Positions 1-12,830 of a stretch of 64,000 bases of DNA are shown here, one piece after another (positions within the stretch are counted from its first letter, which is position 1; every line of letters begins with the position of its first letter). The stretch comes from the human T2T-CHM13v2.0 reference genome, Homo sapiens. The stretch lies in assembly GCF_009914755.1 (NCBI RefSeq), contig NC_060933.1; one strand, 5' to 3'. Below the pieces are notes generated by a model, which worked only from the letters and a program-made list of their open reading frames with translations, was not told where the DNA came from and did no database searches. The position numbers and the translations under genes were made by a program.

Positions 1-690
1 GAGGGAGAGCAAGAGTTAGGAAGGTTACATCACTTGCCTAGGGCCATCAGGCTGGGATGCTGCAGAGTTGGGCTCTCCACCCAGGCCTGTGTTGCCCTAA
101 AAACCCATCTTTCCACATGATCTCATGACTCAGTCAGATTGGTCTCCACCACCAGACTGGGACTCTTTGAGGGCAGAGAAGGCCCTGTATACCCTGACCC
201 TCAATGCCCAGCAAAGTGCCTGGTACTCAGGCACTCAGAAGGAAACTTCTAACAAATGGATTGTACACAAAGGAGTTTCGCGGGCATCTCACATGCATGC
301 CACAGAGGAATACTGAGGGCACAGCCCCTGAGGATCTCCAGGTCCAATACCCTGGGGTGGGGTTGGGGAGAAAGCTCAAGTCCCTTCCCCTTACTAGGCC
401 TCAGTCTTCCCAACTGCACAAGGGACATGCCAAATGTCTCTGAGGGTTCATCTTCTGCAGTTGAGTGGTTCTATTTCCCAAATTAGCATGGAACTTTATA
501 CACCCTTAGAGTTTATACATTCATAAGCAGTGTTTTACGAAGGGAGAAGTCAACAGCAGAGCTGGGGCCAGAATGGGGCCTTTGGTTCCTGGATCGCAGC
601 TCTTTAACCCTCTTCTATTTACTACAACTCCTCTGGTATCCCCCACTGTGGAGAGCTGTGAGCCAGGCACAGAGGAGAGACAGGAAATCA

Positions 691-915
<225 letters not shown>

Positions 916-1049
916 TCAAAGCCACAAGGTTATGGGACCAAGAGTTTCCATTATTAACCCCCATGCACACCCAAGTTGGTTTATATGTCCAGATACAGAC
1001 CCTTGCTTGGTGGCCCCGGGTAAGCACCTTCCCAGGCTGGAGCACTCAC

Positions 1050-1141
1050 AGTTTGACGGCTGATGTAAAGGGTGAGCAGGGCATGGCTTCGGCTGGAGGC
1101 CTGGTTCAGGGTGTGGGCTGAGTTCCTTCGACGGCTGAGAC
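1050..1141 (-). CDS. KIF12: KIF12 coding exon 8 with switch I ([31 protein letters not shown]), 92 nt
   Basis: NxxSSRSH motif; ttccag acceptor, gtgagt donor. Confidence 0.97.
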
Positions 1142-1955
1142 CTGGAAGGGAAAAACATCAGGAGCTGGACCTGGTAGGAAGAACAGGTCATCATCAATGA
1201 AGAAAAAGGAGCAAAGGAATCCTGGCGGAAGGGTCAGCCTCATGCAAAGGCAGGGAGGCAACAGAGTGGGTGTTGTTCAGGGAACGATGGGATGTTGGGC
1301 CCTGCTCTAGCAGAGATGGGTGGATGGAGGATAGAGAAAACTGAGCAGAAGAATGACAGTCAGATTTGCATTTTATAAACATCTCTCCCACTGCTTCGTG
1401 AAAGGAAGGGGAGAAACTGAGGCAGGAGATCAGCTGAGAGGTGTGGCACAGTGCTGGGGCCAGAATCCACAGTCAGCATCTCCAGTGCCTGCCAAAGGAG
1501 GGGTGCCCAATAAATACTTGATTTAAAAAAAAGAATGAGGCTGAAAGGGCCTTTAGGCTAGGCTAAGAGGTATGACCTTGATCCTCAGGGCCCTGGAAGG
1601 GTGGAGGGTCTGGAGGCAAAGAGAGATGGGGTTTGCAGCATAGAGGAGAATGGATGGGCAGGGGAGAGCCTTGAGGTGCAGAGACCACCAGGGAGCAAGA
1701 ATGAGTCCTGGCGGAGGCCGAGGCCCTGGGCTAGAGAGGAGAGGGTGTGAAAGGAGTTTGGAAGGCAGAATTAGCAGGCCTTGTTGGCAGTGCGGGGAGG
1801 CCCTTGGGCCATGCCTTTGAATTGTGGTTTACTGGTCCTTCCCCACCTCCCCCAGGAATCATTTCTGAAGCTGCAGCTGCAGTCTGGGCCCCAAGTCCAC
1901 ACTCAGTGAACAACTGAGGAATGGGCACCCCTACCCGCAAAACTCCCCGCTGTCA

Positions 1956-2404
<449 letters not shown>

Positions 2405-2777
2405 CTAGGGGCAAAACCAGCTGAGCCATCGTCATCTCCACAGTAATAACTACCCTCTGTAGCGCATGTATGATACCGTGCGCCGGGAAACGTGCCAAGT
2501 TCCCAAACAATGGCTCATTTAATTCATAGTCGGTACTGTCACTTCCATTTTACAGATGAGAAAACTGAGAGCTAGGAAGGGGCCAAAGTTGAAGCCCAAA
2601 TGCTCCAAATTGGGCAAGTCCCTTCTCTTTGGTCCTCAGCGTCCTCGTCTGCAAACAAGCGGGTCAGGCGGCGTCGTCCCAGCCCCTTCCCTCTGGGAGT
2701 CTGCGCCGCCTGCGGCTCCCCAGGGCTTCCAGCCCACCCAGCCCCGCCCCGCGGGGGCGCCGCCGGCGCTCGCTCAC

Positions 2778-2853
2778 CTGGGGAGGGGGTCCAGTCAGGG
2801 TGTAGGTCTTCCCAGAGCCCGTCTGGCCAAAGGTGAAAACAGTGCAGGAGAAA
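2778..2853 (-). CDS. KIF12: KIF12 coding exon 5 with P-loop ([25 protein letters not shown]), 76 nt
   Basis: Kinesin Walker A GQTGSGKT; gcag acceptor, CAG|gtgagc donor. Confidence 0.97.
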
Positions 2854-2964
2854 CTGCGGGCGGCAAGGGCGTGGCTGGACTCCGGCGGCTACCCGGGGTG
2901 GGGGCTGGGGGTGCTTCGGGGCCCCGCCAGGCCCGGCGCGGAGCGGAGGCGAAGCTTCACTCAC

Positions 2965-3092
2965 CCGCGCAGCGCCAGCTCCCCCAGGCGCCGCACGCCG
3001 CACGCCCGGAACACGTCCTCCTGCGTGCGCGCCGCGTCTAGCACCGCACCGAAGCGGAACGCCACTTCTGGACCCCCGCCTGGAGGACTCAC
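2965..3092 (-). CDS. KIF12: KIF12 coding exon 4 ([43 protein letters not shown]), 128 nt
   Basis: ccag acceptor, GG|gtgagt donor; kinesin FxFDxVF-like and QxxVF motifs. Confidence 0.93.
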
Positions 3093-3112
3093 CTGGCGCG
3101 GGTGGGGCGGAG

Positions 3113-3510
3113 GAGCGGGGCACTCTGGAGGAGGGCGGGGCACCCTGGAGGGGCGGGGCACCGTGGAGGAGGGCGGGGCACGCGGGAGGAGGGCGGGGCA
3201 CTCTGGAGGAGGGCGGGGCACCCTGGAGAAGGGTAGGGCGCTCGGTGAGGCACTCGGTGGGCGAGCACCCTGGGTTGGGGGTGGGGTGGGGGACACTCAC
3301 TAGGGCCGGGGCATTCTGGGGAGGGTGGGACACCCTGGAGGGGCGGGGCATTCTGGGGGGGGCGGGCACCTTGGGTGGGCGGGCACTCAGAAGGGGCGGG
3401 GCACTCGCAGGGGTTGGCGCGGCGCACCCTGGCGGAGGGCTGGGCATCCTGGAAGGGAGGGGCACTCTGGGGAGGGCGGGGCACCTGGGAGAGGACCACT
3501 CCGGGGGAGC
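3113..3510. repeat. G-rich minisatellite in KIF12 intron 3, ~18-20 bp unit GGGCGGGGCACYCTGGAGGA
   Basis: Six well-conserved tandem units at ~3113-3230, then degenerate copies to ~3510; about 8 perfect GGGCGGGGC boxes. Confidence 0.88.
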
Positions 3511-3597
3511 GCGGGGCCTAGGGCAAAGTTGCCTGGGGGAAGGGATCTGGCGTCCCCGGGATTTTTTATTGGGGAGATAGAGAGAGGGGTTCCTCAC

Positions 3598-3676
3598 CTG
3601 CAGAGTCCGGGTCCCTGAGCAGTGCAGCACGCTCTGCTGCCCTCGACGCAGCTCGGCCGCGCTCATGGGACGTACC
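3598..3676 (-). CDS. KIF12: KIF12 coding exon 3 ([26 protein letters not shown]), 79 nt
   Basis: ccag acceptor, CAG|gtgagg donor; frame continuous. Confidence 0.93.
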
Positions 3677-3766
3677 CTGGGGTCCGACAGAAGGGCAGAT
3701 GGTACATCCTGATGTCTTCCTCGATCCTTGTCTCGCCCAGGTGCCTCCTAGCCAATTTATACCCAC

Positions 3767-3832
3767 CTGAGCACCACCTGGATGGGCGTTTCCGGCCCCT
3801 CTGGCCCTTGCTCCAGGCTCCGCGCGAGATCC
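3767..3832 (-). CDS. KIF12: KIF12 coding exon 2 ([22 protein letters not shown]), 66 nt
   Basis: cag acceptor, gtgggt donor; IQVVLRVRP is the kinesin motor start motif. Confidence 0.92.
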
Positions 3833-3913
3833 CTGTGGGCAGCAATGCGACTTATCATACCTGCACCTAGCGGCTGTTCAGGACTCCTCGAACCTGTCTG
3901 AAGATCTGCTTAC

Positions 3914-3939
3914 CCGTCGGGTGACCCGCGTTCTTCCAT
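3914..3939 (-). CDS. KIF12: KIF12 coding exon 1 (MEERGSPDG), 26 nt
   Basis: Minus-strand gacATGG in strong Kozak context; donor GG|gtaagc; matches the KIF12 N-terminus as I recall it; in frame with all following exons. Confidence 0.9.
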
Positions 3940-4113
3940 GTCCTGCTCTGCACACGGAGTTAGCTCCGCCCGCGTCTCCTTTATTTACCCCCCACCAATA
4001 CCCTCCCTTCTCCACAACACTGGGACTGTCTACACACATCTTGCATTCCCACCCCATCCCCCATCCCAGGCAGCCATCCATCCGGAAAGACTCCAGCTGC
4101 CCAGGGCTAGCTC

Positions 4114-4126
4114 GTTAAAGATTTAC
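4114..4126. promoter_or_regulatory. HNF1 binding site in the KIF12 proximal promoter
   Basis: GTTAAAGATTTAC vs consensus GTTAATNATTAAC (2 mismatches), 175 bp upstream of the ATG; Kif12 is a known HNF1B target. Confidence 0.7.
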
Positions 4127-5852
4127 CCTTCCTCACCCCTGCGGTGGAGAAAGTCTCTCCCAAGCTAGGGGACCCCTAGCTAGGGGGTTCTGGAGTCTGA
4201 GGATCCCTTGCTCTTGGCCAGTCCTCACAAGAGGAACCCGTGGGACCACCCAGACCGGCCTCCTTTGTGCCCAGTTGGGGATACCTAAGCAGATAGGAAG
4301 GACTCAACCAAGGCCACAGAGCTAGCCTGCACAGGACCAAGCTTTTCCCACCCTCTCCACATACCCCCCACTCCCACCCCCAGCAGCTCAGCTCAGGGCC
4401 CAAGGAGTGGCACAGGTCTCAGTCAGCTCTAGGGACGACCTGGCTGGATTGAATCTCTGAGCTGACCTGAGAACAGGTTTCCAAGCATCTGGTAAAACAC
4501 TGGGGCACCTGCCTCTCTAATGCCAAAGTTAATCCTAGGCCAGCATGATTGTTTAACCCTCTCCTGGTCTGGCTTATGAGAACAGCAGAGATGTCTGTGA
4601 ATGTGCAGGGATGGGGCAATCACTTATTCTGTACCAGTCTCCATGCTGGGCACCAGGGCAGAGGAACCCCATGCAGCCCCTGACCCTTCCCAGCTCACAG
4701 TGTGTCTGGGGAGATGGATAAGTACAACCCAGCAGCGTGTAGGGCCTTTAGGGGGAGTACAGAGGCCTGTAGGAGCCAGTGGGGGTGGGGAGGAGGTGAG
4801 GGTATTCCAGGCAAAGCAAACAGGAGTCAGGATGGCCAGGGTGGGGTGGGGAGATGAGTGTGGCATGGAGAGGTAGTTTGAGGCTGGATCTAGCTTATGG
4901 TGGGCACATCAAGGAGTCTGGACTCACTCTTCAGGGAACCAGGAAGCCATTGAAGGGTTATAAACAGGGATGTGACACCATCAGGTTGGCATTGTTATTA
5001 TTATTGTCATTCTGGCTGTCTTTGTATGTTCTCTGAATATTTCTGCAAACTCTCCGGCCCCCAAACACACATTAGGGTGAAAGCCCTAAAAATCACTTTT
5101 TCTCAATGTGACACATTCTATACCACCACAAATTACAGCCAACTATCAAAGCCACCCTGCTGGAGAATGGGCTGTCTTGGATGGCAGTGAGCTCCCCAGG
5201 CAATGGAGATGTATAAGAAAGAGCCATTTGACCTTTTGGTTATAGGACCCTCTAGCAGGGGCCACAGGGAAAGTTCTGTAGAACTAATAACCACTGCCCC
5301 CAGCTCTGCCACTAACTTGCCACAGTCTTGGCTTCTCTTGTTTCCTTCCTGTAAAAAGAGATTAATGACTTCTCTCCTATTTGACATAGTTGTTCTGAGA
5401 TTTCAATGAGATGTGTCATTGAAAGTGAAAGTTGTAAATAATTACCTAAAAACAAAAATAAAAATTCCTAGATGATCTCTAAGTTCCCTTTCAACTCTGA
5501 AGTTCCTTAATCTATTTTTTGAGTCCTTGAGGTGGATAAGACAAAAATTACTATCCCTGTTTTTCAGAGGAAAAAAAACTGAACTAAACAGCGAAAGGCA
5601 GGGAAAGTTATCTAAGGAGAAAACAACAAATGGCAGAACTGAGAGTTTAAACCCAGAACTATGAGCTGTACATCCTGATGCTGCTTGCTATGGCAAGTTG
5701 CTTTTGTCAGGAGTAAACCCAGTAAATGAACAAGGTGCTCCTTTAAAAGCTGTTGAAAGTGTTAAAGACTATCAATCACTAGCATCTTAGTGTGCATTGG
5801 TTTAGTCAGATTGCTGGCCCTCCTCAGGCTGGACTGAGATGAGCCACGCTGA

Positions 5853-6180
<328 letters not shown>

Positions 6181-6374
6181 TGAAAGGATTTTGATAAAAG
6201 TGCAGAAACAGGGGATATGTTGCATGCTGGTCAGTGGGGGCTTGTGCACCAGGCTTCCCAACCTGGGTCAGAATGTGTACATGATTTGATGTCCTTTGAA
6301 TCACAAATGCAGGAGCAAAGTCCTGGTTCTGTTCTCTAACAGTGAGTGCAAACATCTGCTACCCTTAAATTGAA

Positions 6375-7225
6375 CAGTCATGAGCAAGTTTTTATTAAGC
6401 CTCCTCTAGGTGTCAGGCAGGTTTCTAGGCACTTGAGATGCATACATTAGTGAACAAAACAGATAAAAATTCTTGCCCTTATGGAGCTTACCCTCTAGTG
6501 AGGTGGGAAAGGCAGATAATAAAAATAAGCATATAAATAACTTACATAGTATGTTAAAAGCTGAAAAGTGCTACGGAAATAGTATCACTCAGTGTTGGCG
6601 ATGGCGAACAGGTTGTTGTTTATATAGTATAGTCATGGAATACCTCATTGAGAAGGTGACTTTTGAGGAAAGACTTCAAGGACGAATGTGAGTTAGTCAT
6701 GCAAATATTTGGGGGAAGATTATCCTAGGCAGAAGAATTGTCCGATGCAAAGGTCCTGAGGTGGAGTATGACCAGTGTGTGTTCAAGGAATGGAAGAAGG
6801 CCAGGGTGGTTGGAACACAGTTAGCAAGGGAAGAGTGGGAGACAAAAGATCATAAAGGTGGCTGGGTGCAGTGGCTCATGCCTATAATCCCAACACTTTG
6901 GGAGGCCGAAGTGGGCAAATCACGAGATCAGGAGTTTGAGACCAGCCTGACCAACGTGGTGAAATCCTGTCTCTACTAAAAATACAAAATTAGCCAGGCA
7001 TGGTGGCACAGGCCTGTAATCCCAGCTACTCAGGAGGCTGAGTCAGAAGAACCACTTGAACCTGGGAGTCAGAAGTTGCAGTGAGTCAAGATGGCACCAC
7101 TGCACTCCAGCCTGGGTGACAAAGCAAGACTCCATCTCAAAAAAAAAAAAAAAAAAGAAAAAGATTATAAAGTTAATAGGAGCCTGGTTATGTGCAACCT
7201 TGTAGCCCACTTTAAAGATTAAATA
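6375..7225 (-). mobile_element. L2 LINE fragment interrupted by an Alu
   Basis: Antisense L2 3'-end-like sequence (TTTATTAAGC..CTAGGCACTTGAGA..GAACAAAACAGA..ATGGAGCTTAC). Confidence 0.7.
6860..7158 (+). mobile_element. Alu (S-type)
   Basis: GGCTGGGTGCAGTGGCTCA to poly(A); TSD AAAAGAT(C/T)ATAAAG. Confidence 0.95.
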
Positions 7226-7636
7226 TAAAGAAATATCTAGCACATCTTAAGCTGCTGAAAACCAAAGACAAAGAAGAAACCATAAAAGCAGCCTTAGGGA
7301 AAAAACCATAGCCTTCAAAGTAGCAATAAGAAGACTGACAACTACTTTTGAATAGAAACTATGGATGCCAACAGACAATAGACAGTGTATCTTTAAAATG
7401 CTGAGATTAAAAAACAAAAATCAACCTGGAATTATATGTCTAGCAAAAGTATCCTTCACAAATGTAGGTAAAATAGACATTTTTGAACAAACAGAAGCTG
7501 AGAAATTCACCTCCAGTTGATCATCACTACAAGAAATACTGAAGGAAATTTTTATATGTTGAATGAGATAGAGCTCAAGGAAAAAATAAAGAGCATGAGA
7601 AAGAATAAATATAGGATGTATATAAAATCATTTTGA

Positions 7637-7927
7637 GGCCAGGCACGGTGGCTCATGCCTGTAATCCCAGCACTTTGGGAGGCTGAGGGGGGTGGATCAC
7701 CTGGGGTCAGGAGTTCAAGATCAGTCTGGCCAACATGGTGAAACCCTGTCTCTACTAAAAATACAAAAATTAGCCGGGCATGGTGGTGGGCGCCTGGAAT
7801 ACCAGCTACTAGGGAGGCTGAGGCGGGAGAATTACTTGAACCCAGGTGGTGGAGGTTGCTGTGGGCCGAGATCATGCCACTGTACTCCAGTCCGGGTGAC
7901 AGAGTAAGGCTTTGTCTCAAAAAAAAA
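7637..7927 (+). mobile_element. Alu (S-type) inserted in L1
   Basis: Full Alu; TSD AATCATTTTGA on both sides. Confidence 0.95.
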
Positions 7928-8211
7928 GAATCATTTTGACTGTTTAAAAGAAAGTAACACTAACTTTTTGCTACCATTATAATATATATAGAAGCAAACA
8001 GACATTACACTAGAATAAAGGATAAGTGGAGTGAATGGAGTTAAACCATAGAATTGTAGCATTGGTTCTTCAATTGTTTGGGAAGTGATAAAAGTACTAA
8101 CTTAAGGTAGACTGTAGTAGTTCAGGGATGTATAGTGACATCTTTAAGGTAACTATCACAAAAACAAGAGTTAAAACTAAGAAGCTAATAGAGAAAAATG
8201 AATTAAAACTA

Positions 8212-8733
<522 letters not shown>

Positions 8734-11700
8734 CTATATTGAAAAAAATGAAAGCCAACTTCAAATTTAAGAAAAGAAACAATTGAAAATGAAAGAATAG
8801 AAAGTTATATCACACCAGCCCTAACCAAAAGAAAGCAGTACAGCCACATTAACATCAGACGAAATGGACTCTAATGCAAGAAGCATCAATAGAGACACTG
8901 CGAAGCATTTTATTATATTATGTGATTCAACAGGAAGACATAATAATCTTAAATTGTATTCATCTAATAACTGAACTGCCAGAAGGAATAGACAAATTCA
9001 CCACCATAGATGCTAATCTCAACCTAACTTTCTCTGTAACTAAAGAACAACAGGTAAAAATTTAGTAAAAATATAGAAGATTTGAACAACACTGTTACCC
9101 AACTTGATCTAAATGACATAGACAAAATACTATACCCAATAATTGCAGAATACACGTTCAAATGCACATGAAACATTTTCCAAAATAGATGTTGGGCTGT
9201 AAAGCCAGCCTCAACAATTTCGAGTGATCGAAATAATATTGAGTATGTTCTCTGACCATAGAGGAATCAACCTAGAATCAGTGAGGGAAAGGTAACTAGA
9301 AAATCCGCCCCCCTCCCCCGCTGCCAAATAATTGGAAATCCAACAAAAATACTTCTAAATGACCTCTGGATCAAAGAATAAATCATGATGGTTATTAGAA
9401 AATATTTTGAAATTAACAATAAGGGAAGTAAACTATGTAGTTAAGCAACGCTGAGAAGAAATGCATAAGCTCTGCTTATATTAGAAAAGAAAAAAAAGAT
9501 TGAAAAATCAGTCACTGAAGTTTCCATCTTAGAAAACCAGAAAAAGAATAGCACATTACACCTAAACAAAGAGGGAAAGAAATTATGCAGCTAATAGCAG
9601 AAATGAATGAAACCCATAGCTGACATACAATAGCCAAAACTTGTTTCTTTGATGAGATCAATAACTTGTATAAATGCTTAACAAACTAAGAAAGAAAATA
9701 AAAAGAGAAAATGCCAAGTACAAATATCAGAAATAAAAAAGGGACTTTCCTACCGATCCTACAGATATTAAAAGAATAATAAGAGGATATTATGAGTAAC
9801 TTTATGTCAATAAACCTGAACTTGACCATGTTTGTGAATTCATGAACAAATCACTTAAAAATCTCAATCTCCTAAAATGCATAAGAGAAAAGAGTAGGAT
9901 ATCTGAATCGTTTTATATCTGTTAAACAAGTTGAATTTGTAATTAAAAACCTCCCCGCAAAGGAAACACTTAGCATGGATGGCTTCACCGGGGAATCTTC
10001 CAAACACTTAAGGAAGTAATGAAATGAATCTTAGACAAAATGTCATCAACAGAGCCAGAGGGAGAATTTCCAAATTCATTTTTAAAAAAATGAGGCCAGC
10101 CTAACCCTGATATCTGATCCTTACAATGACATAATAAGAAAAGAAAACTGCCGGCCATTAGTTCTCCTGAGCACAATTGTTAAGATTCCAAATAATTACT
10201 GGCCAATCATTTCAGCAATACAGAAAATGCGTAATACATGTGGATTTAGTCCAGTAACTCAAAAGTTGCTTGAACATTTGAAAGTCAATCAGTGTAATTC
10301 AACACATTGATAGAATAAAGGAGAAAATCAAATGGTCATCTCAATAAATACAGAAAAGACATTTGGTAAAATTTAACACTTGCTTATGATAAAAATAAAA
10401 GCTTTCAACAAACTAGAAATACGATGGAAATTTATTAATTGAATAAAGGTTCTTTACCAAAAAAAGCTTACAGGTAACATCATATTTAATAATAAAAATA
10501 ACTTCCTCTTCTCTTACCATCATCCTAGTACAGTAAGGCAGCAATGTATGTAGAAACTGGAAAGAAAGAATTAAGTTAATAAGACTGTCATTTTTCACAG
10601 CATACATACATACACAGATGTATAGGTATATAGAAAATTCTTAAGAATCTCCAAAGTCTCTGATACAATGTCAATATGCATATATTATATATTACTTGCT
10701 AATTACATATAAAATACACAATTGGAAATTAAAATTTTAACATTTAGAGCAGCATCAAAAAACACAATGTCTTAGAGATAAATTTAATAAAAGGCATTTG
10801 AAATAAAATGTGAAAATAGCAAAACATTGCTGTTATTTAGGAAGACCTGAATAAAAGGAGATAATTACTATGTTTATGAATTAGAAGATAGAGTATTGTG
10901 AAGATGTTACTTTTCTGCAACTGACATATGTAGATTCAATGCAGTCCCAATCAATATCCCAGCAGGAACTTTTAAAAATGAAAATTGACAAGCTGATTCT
11001 AAAATTTATATGAAAATGCGAAAGACTACAATAGCCAAGATAATAATGGAGAAGAGCAAAGTTGGAGGACTTATACTACCAGATACCAAGACTTAATGTA
11101 AAGCTACAATAATCAAGACAGTGTGGTATTGGTGCAAAGACCAGCAAATGGAACAGAACAGCCTCCAGCAACGCATCCATCCATATGCATCACTTGATTT
11201 ATGACAAAGGAAGCGCTGCCCTCAGTTGTGAGAATATTGTTCTTTTCAATCAATTGGGCTGGATTAATTGGATATCCATTTAGGGAAAGAAAAAAATCCT
11301 TGATTTCATACCTTACATCATTCACAATATTAATTTAAAATTAATGATGGATCTACATTTAGAAGAAAATCTAGATAATATCTTCCTGACATTGACAGTA
11401 GACAAAAGTTTCCTAAACAAGTCACAAAAAAGCACTAAACATAAAAACTATTGATGTATTGGACCACATTGAAATGAAAAACTGTTCATCAGAAGATTGC
11501 ATTTAAGAGGTAAAAAAGCAAACCAGACTGGGAAAAGTTATTTGCAATACACATATCTGACAAAGGACTTCTATCCAGAATATATACAGAGCTTCTACAA
11601 GCCAGTAAGAAAAAGACTAACAACTCAACTTAAAACTGACCAAAAGATTTGAACTGGCATTTTGCAAAATATGATATCCAAATATTTAATAAACATATGA

Positions 11701-11947
11701 AAATTGCCCAACATAATTAGTCACCAGGGAAATTAAATGAAAACCATAGTGAGATACAAGTACACACATACCAGAATGAAATGAATACAATTAAAAAGAC
11801 AGGCAGTACTGTTTGTGAACCATTTTCAGAAAACAATTTTGCAGTATCTACTAAAGCTAAACAAATCCCTATCCCATGATCTAGCAATTCCACTTAGGTC
11901 TCTGCCTAAGAGAAATGAGTTCAAATATCCAACAAAAGACATATATG

Positions 11948-12218
11948 AGACTGGGCATGGTGCTTCTCATCTGTAATCCCGGCACTTTTGGTGGCTGAGG
12001 CAGGAGGATCACTTGAGCCAGGAGTTCAAGACCAGCCTGGGCAACACGGTGAAACCCCATCTCTACAAAAATTACAAAAATTAGCTGGGTGAGGAGGCTG
12101 AAGTGGGAAGACCACTTGAGCCCAGACGTTGAGGCTGCCGTGAACCGAGATGGTACCACCGCACTCCAGCCTAGGCAACAGAGTGAGATCCAGTCTAAAA
12201 AAAGAAAAAAGAAAAGAA
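11948..12218 (+). mobile_element. Alu (J-type, internal deletion) inserted in L1 3' region
   Basis: TSD AAAAGACATATATGAGA on both sides. Confidence 0.93.
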
Positions 12219-12257
12219 AAAAAGACATATATGAGACTGTTCATAGTAGCTGTTTAG

Positions 12258-12478
12258 CCACCTCCTTCATCACCACCACCACTGTTTCTACTTCCATCAT
12301 CCTCATCATTACCACCACTATCACCATAACGCCATCACCACCATTACCAAAACTCAACCATCACCACCAATACCTATGTAACCAGCAGACGCCATAGTCA
12401 TTTGGTCACTGCAACCACTGTCACCAGCATCATCAAAATCTCTACCGTGACCACCACCATCATCACTATTACCACGCT
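12258..12478. repeat. (CAC/CAT)n low-complexity repeat
   Basis: Degenerate CACCAT triplets. Confidence 0.85.
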
Positions 12479-12765
12479 TCCATCCTTCGGAGTCTGGGCT
12501 TATTCATTCCAGGAAACTAAAGCTGTTAAACTGGGCTCCCAGCCAGCGGCACCCCCATTGACCACGGTGCTCCCTGTTCCCACAGCTAGGGCTGAGTTCC
12601 TCTGTGTACCCCATCTCCTCTTCACCCTGTTTTTGTCTGCAGACTGCATTCCTTCCTCAGGAGCAGTAAGTCTCCACTTCTCCTGACGCGATTGAGGATA
12701 GGACAGACGGAAGGCCTGCAGGGACCTTAGCAGCCGGCTGGGCCCCGCAGGGCGCATACCCAGCT

Positions 12766-12782
12766 CTCGCTAGAGGGCAGCA
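12766..12782 (+). promoter_or_regulatory. Candidate CTCF site
   Basis: CTCGCTAGAGGGCAGCA resembles the CTCF core CC(A/G)C(C/T)AG(A/G)(G/T)GGC(A/G)GCA; lies in a locally CpG-retaining unique block. Confidence 0.6.
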
Positions 12783-12812
12783 GAGCACCATGCCCCTGCG
12801 ACCCGGGTTCAT

Positions 12813-12830
12813 CACAAAGGAAGCTTTGTG
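12813..12830. promoter_or_regulatory. Perfect paired SOX9 (SOXE dimer) motif
   Basis: CACAAAG-gaag-CTTTGTG: inverted SOX half-sites with a 4-bp spacer. Confidence 0.6.

Larger units (their letters stand above)
2620..3990. promoter_or_regulatory. CpG island over the KIF12 5' exons
   Basis: Very GC-rich with dense CpG compared with the flanks. Confidence 0.8.

Noticed and set aside
3113-3510. CRISPR-like reading of the tandem repeats here and at 62005-62058
   Set aside because: Head-to-tail units with no unique spacers, in a eukaryotic intron, with no cas genes
2572-3666. 364-aa minus-strand ORF, the longest in the track
   Set aside because: It is KIF12 exon 3 read through the stop-poor C-rich minisatellite and then out of frame; the Pro-rich repeats are a translation of the VNTR
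3857-3870. tag|GTGCAG|gtatga pseudo-microexon in KIF12 intron 1
   Set aside because: The intron is only 81 nt; the flanking introns would be below the minimum spliceable length
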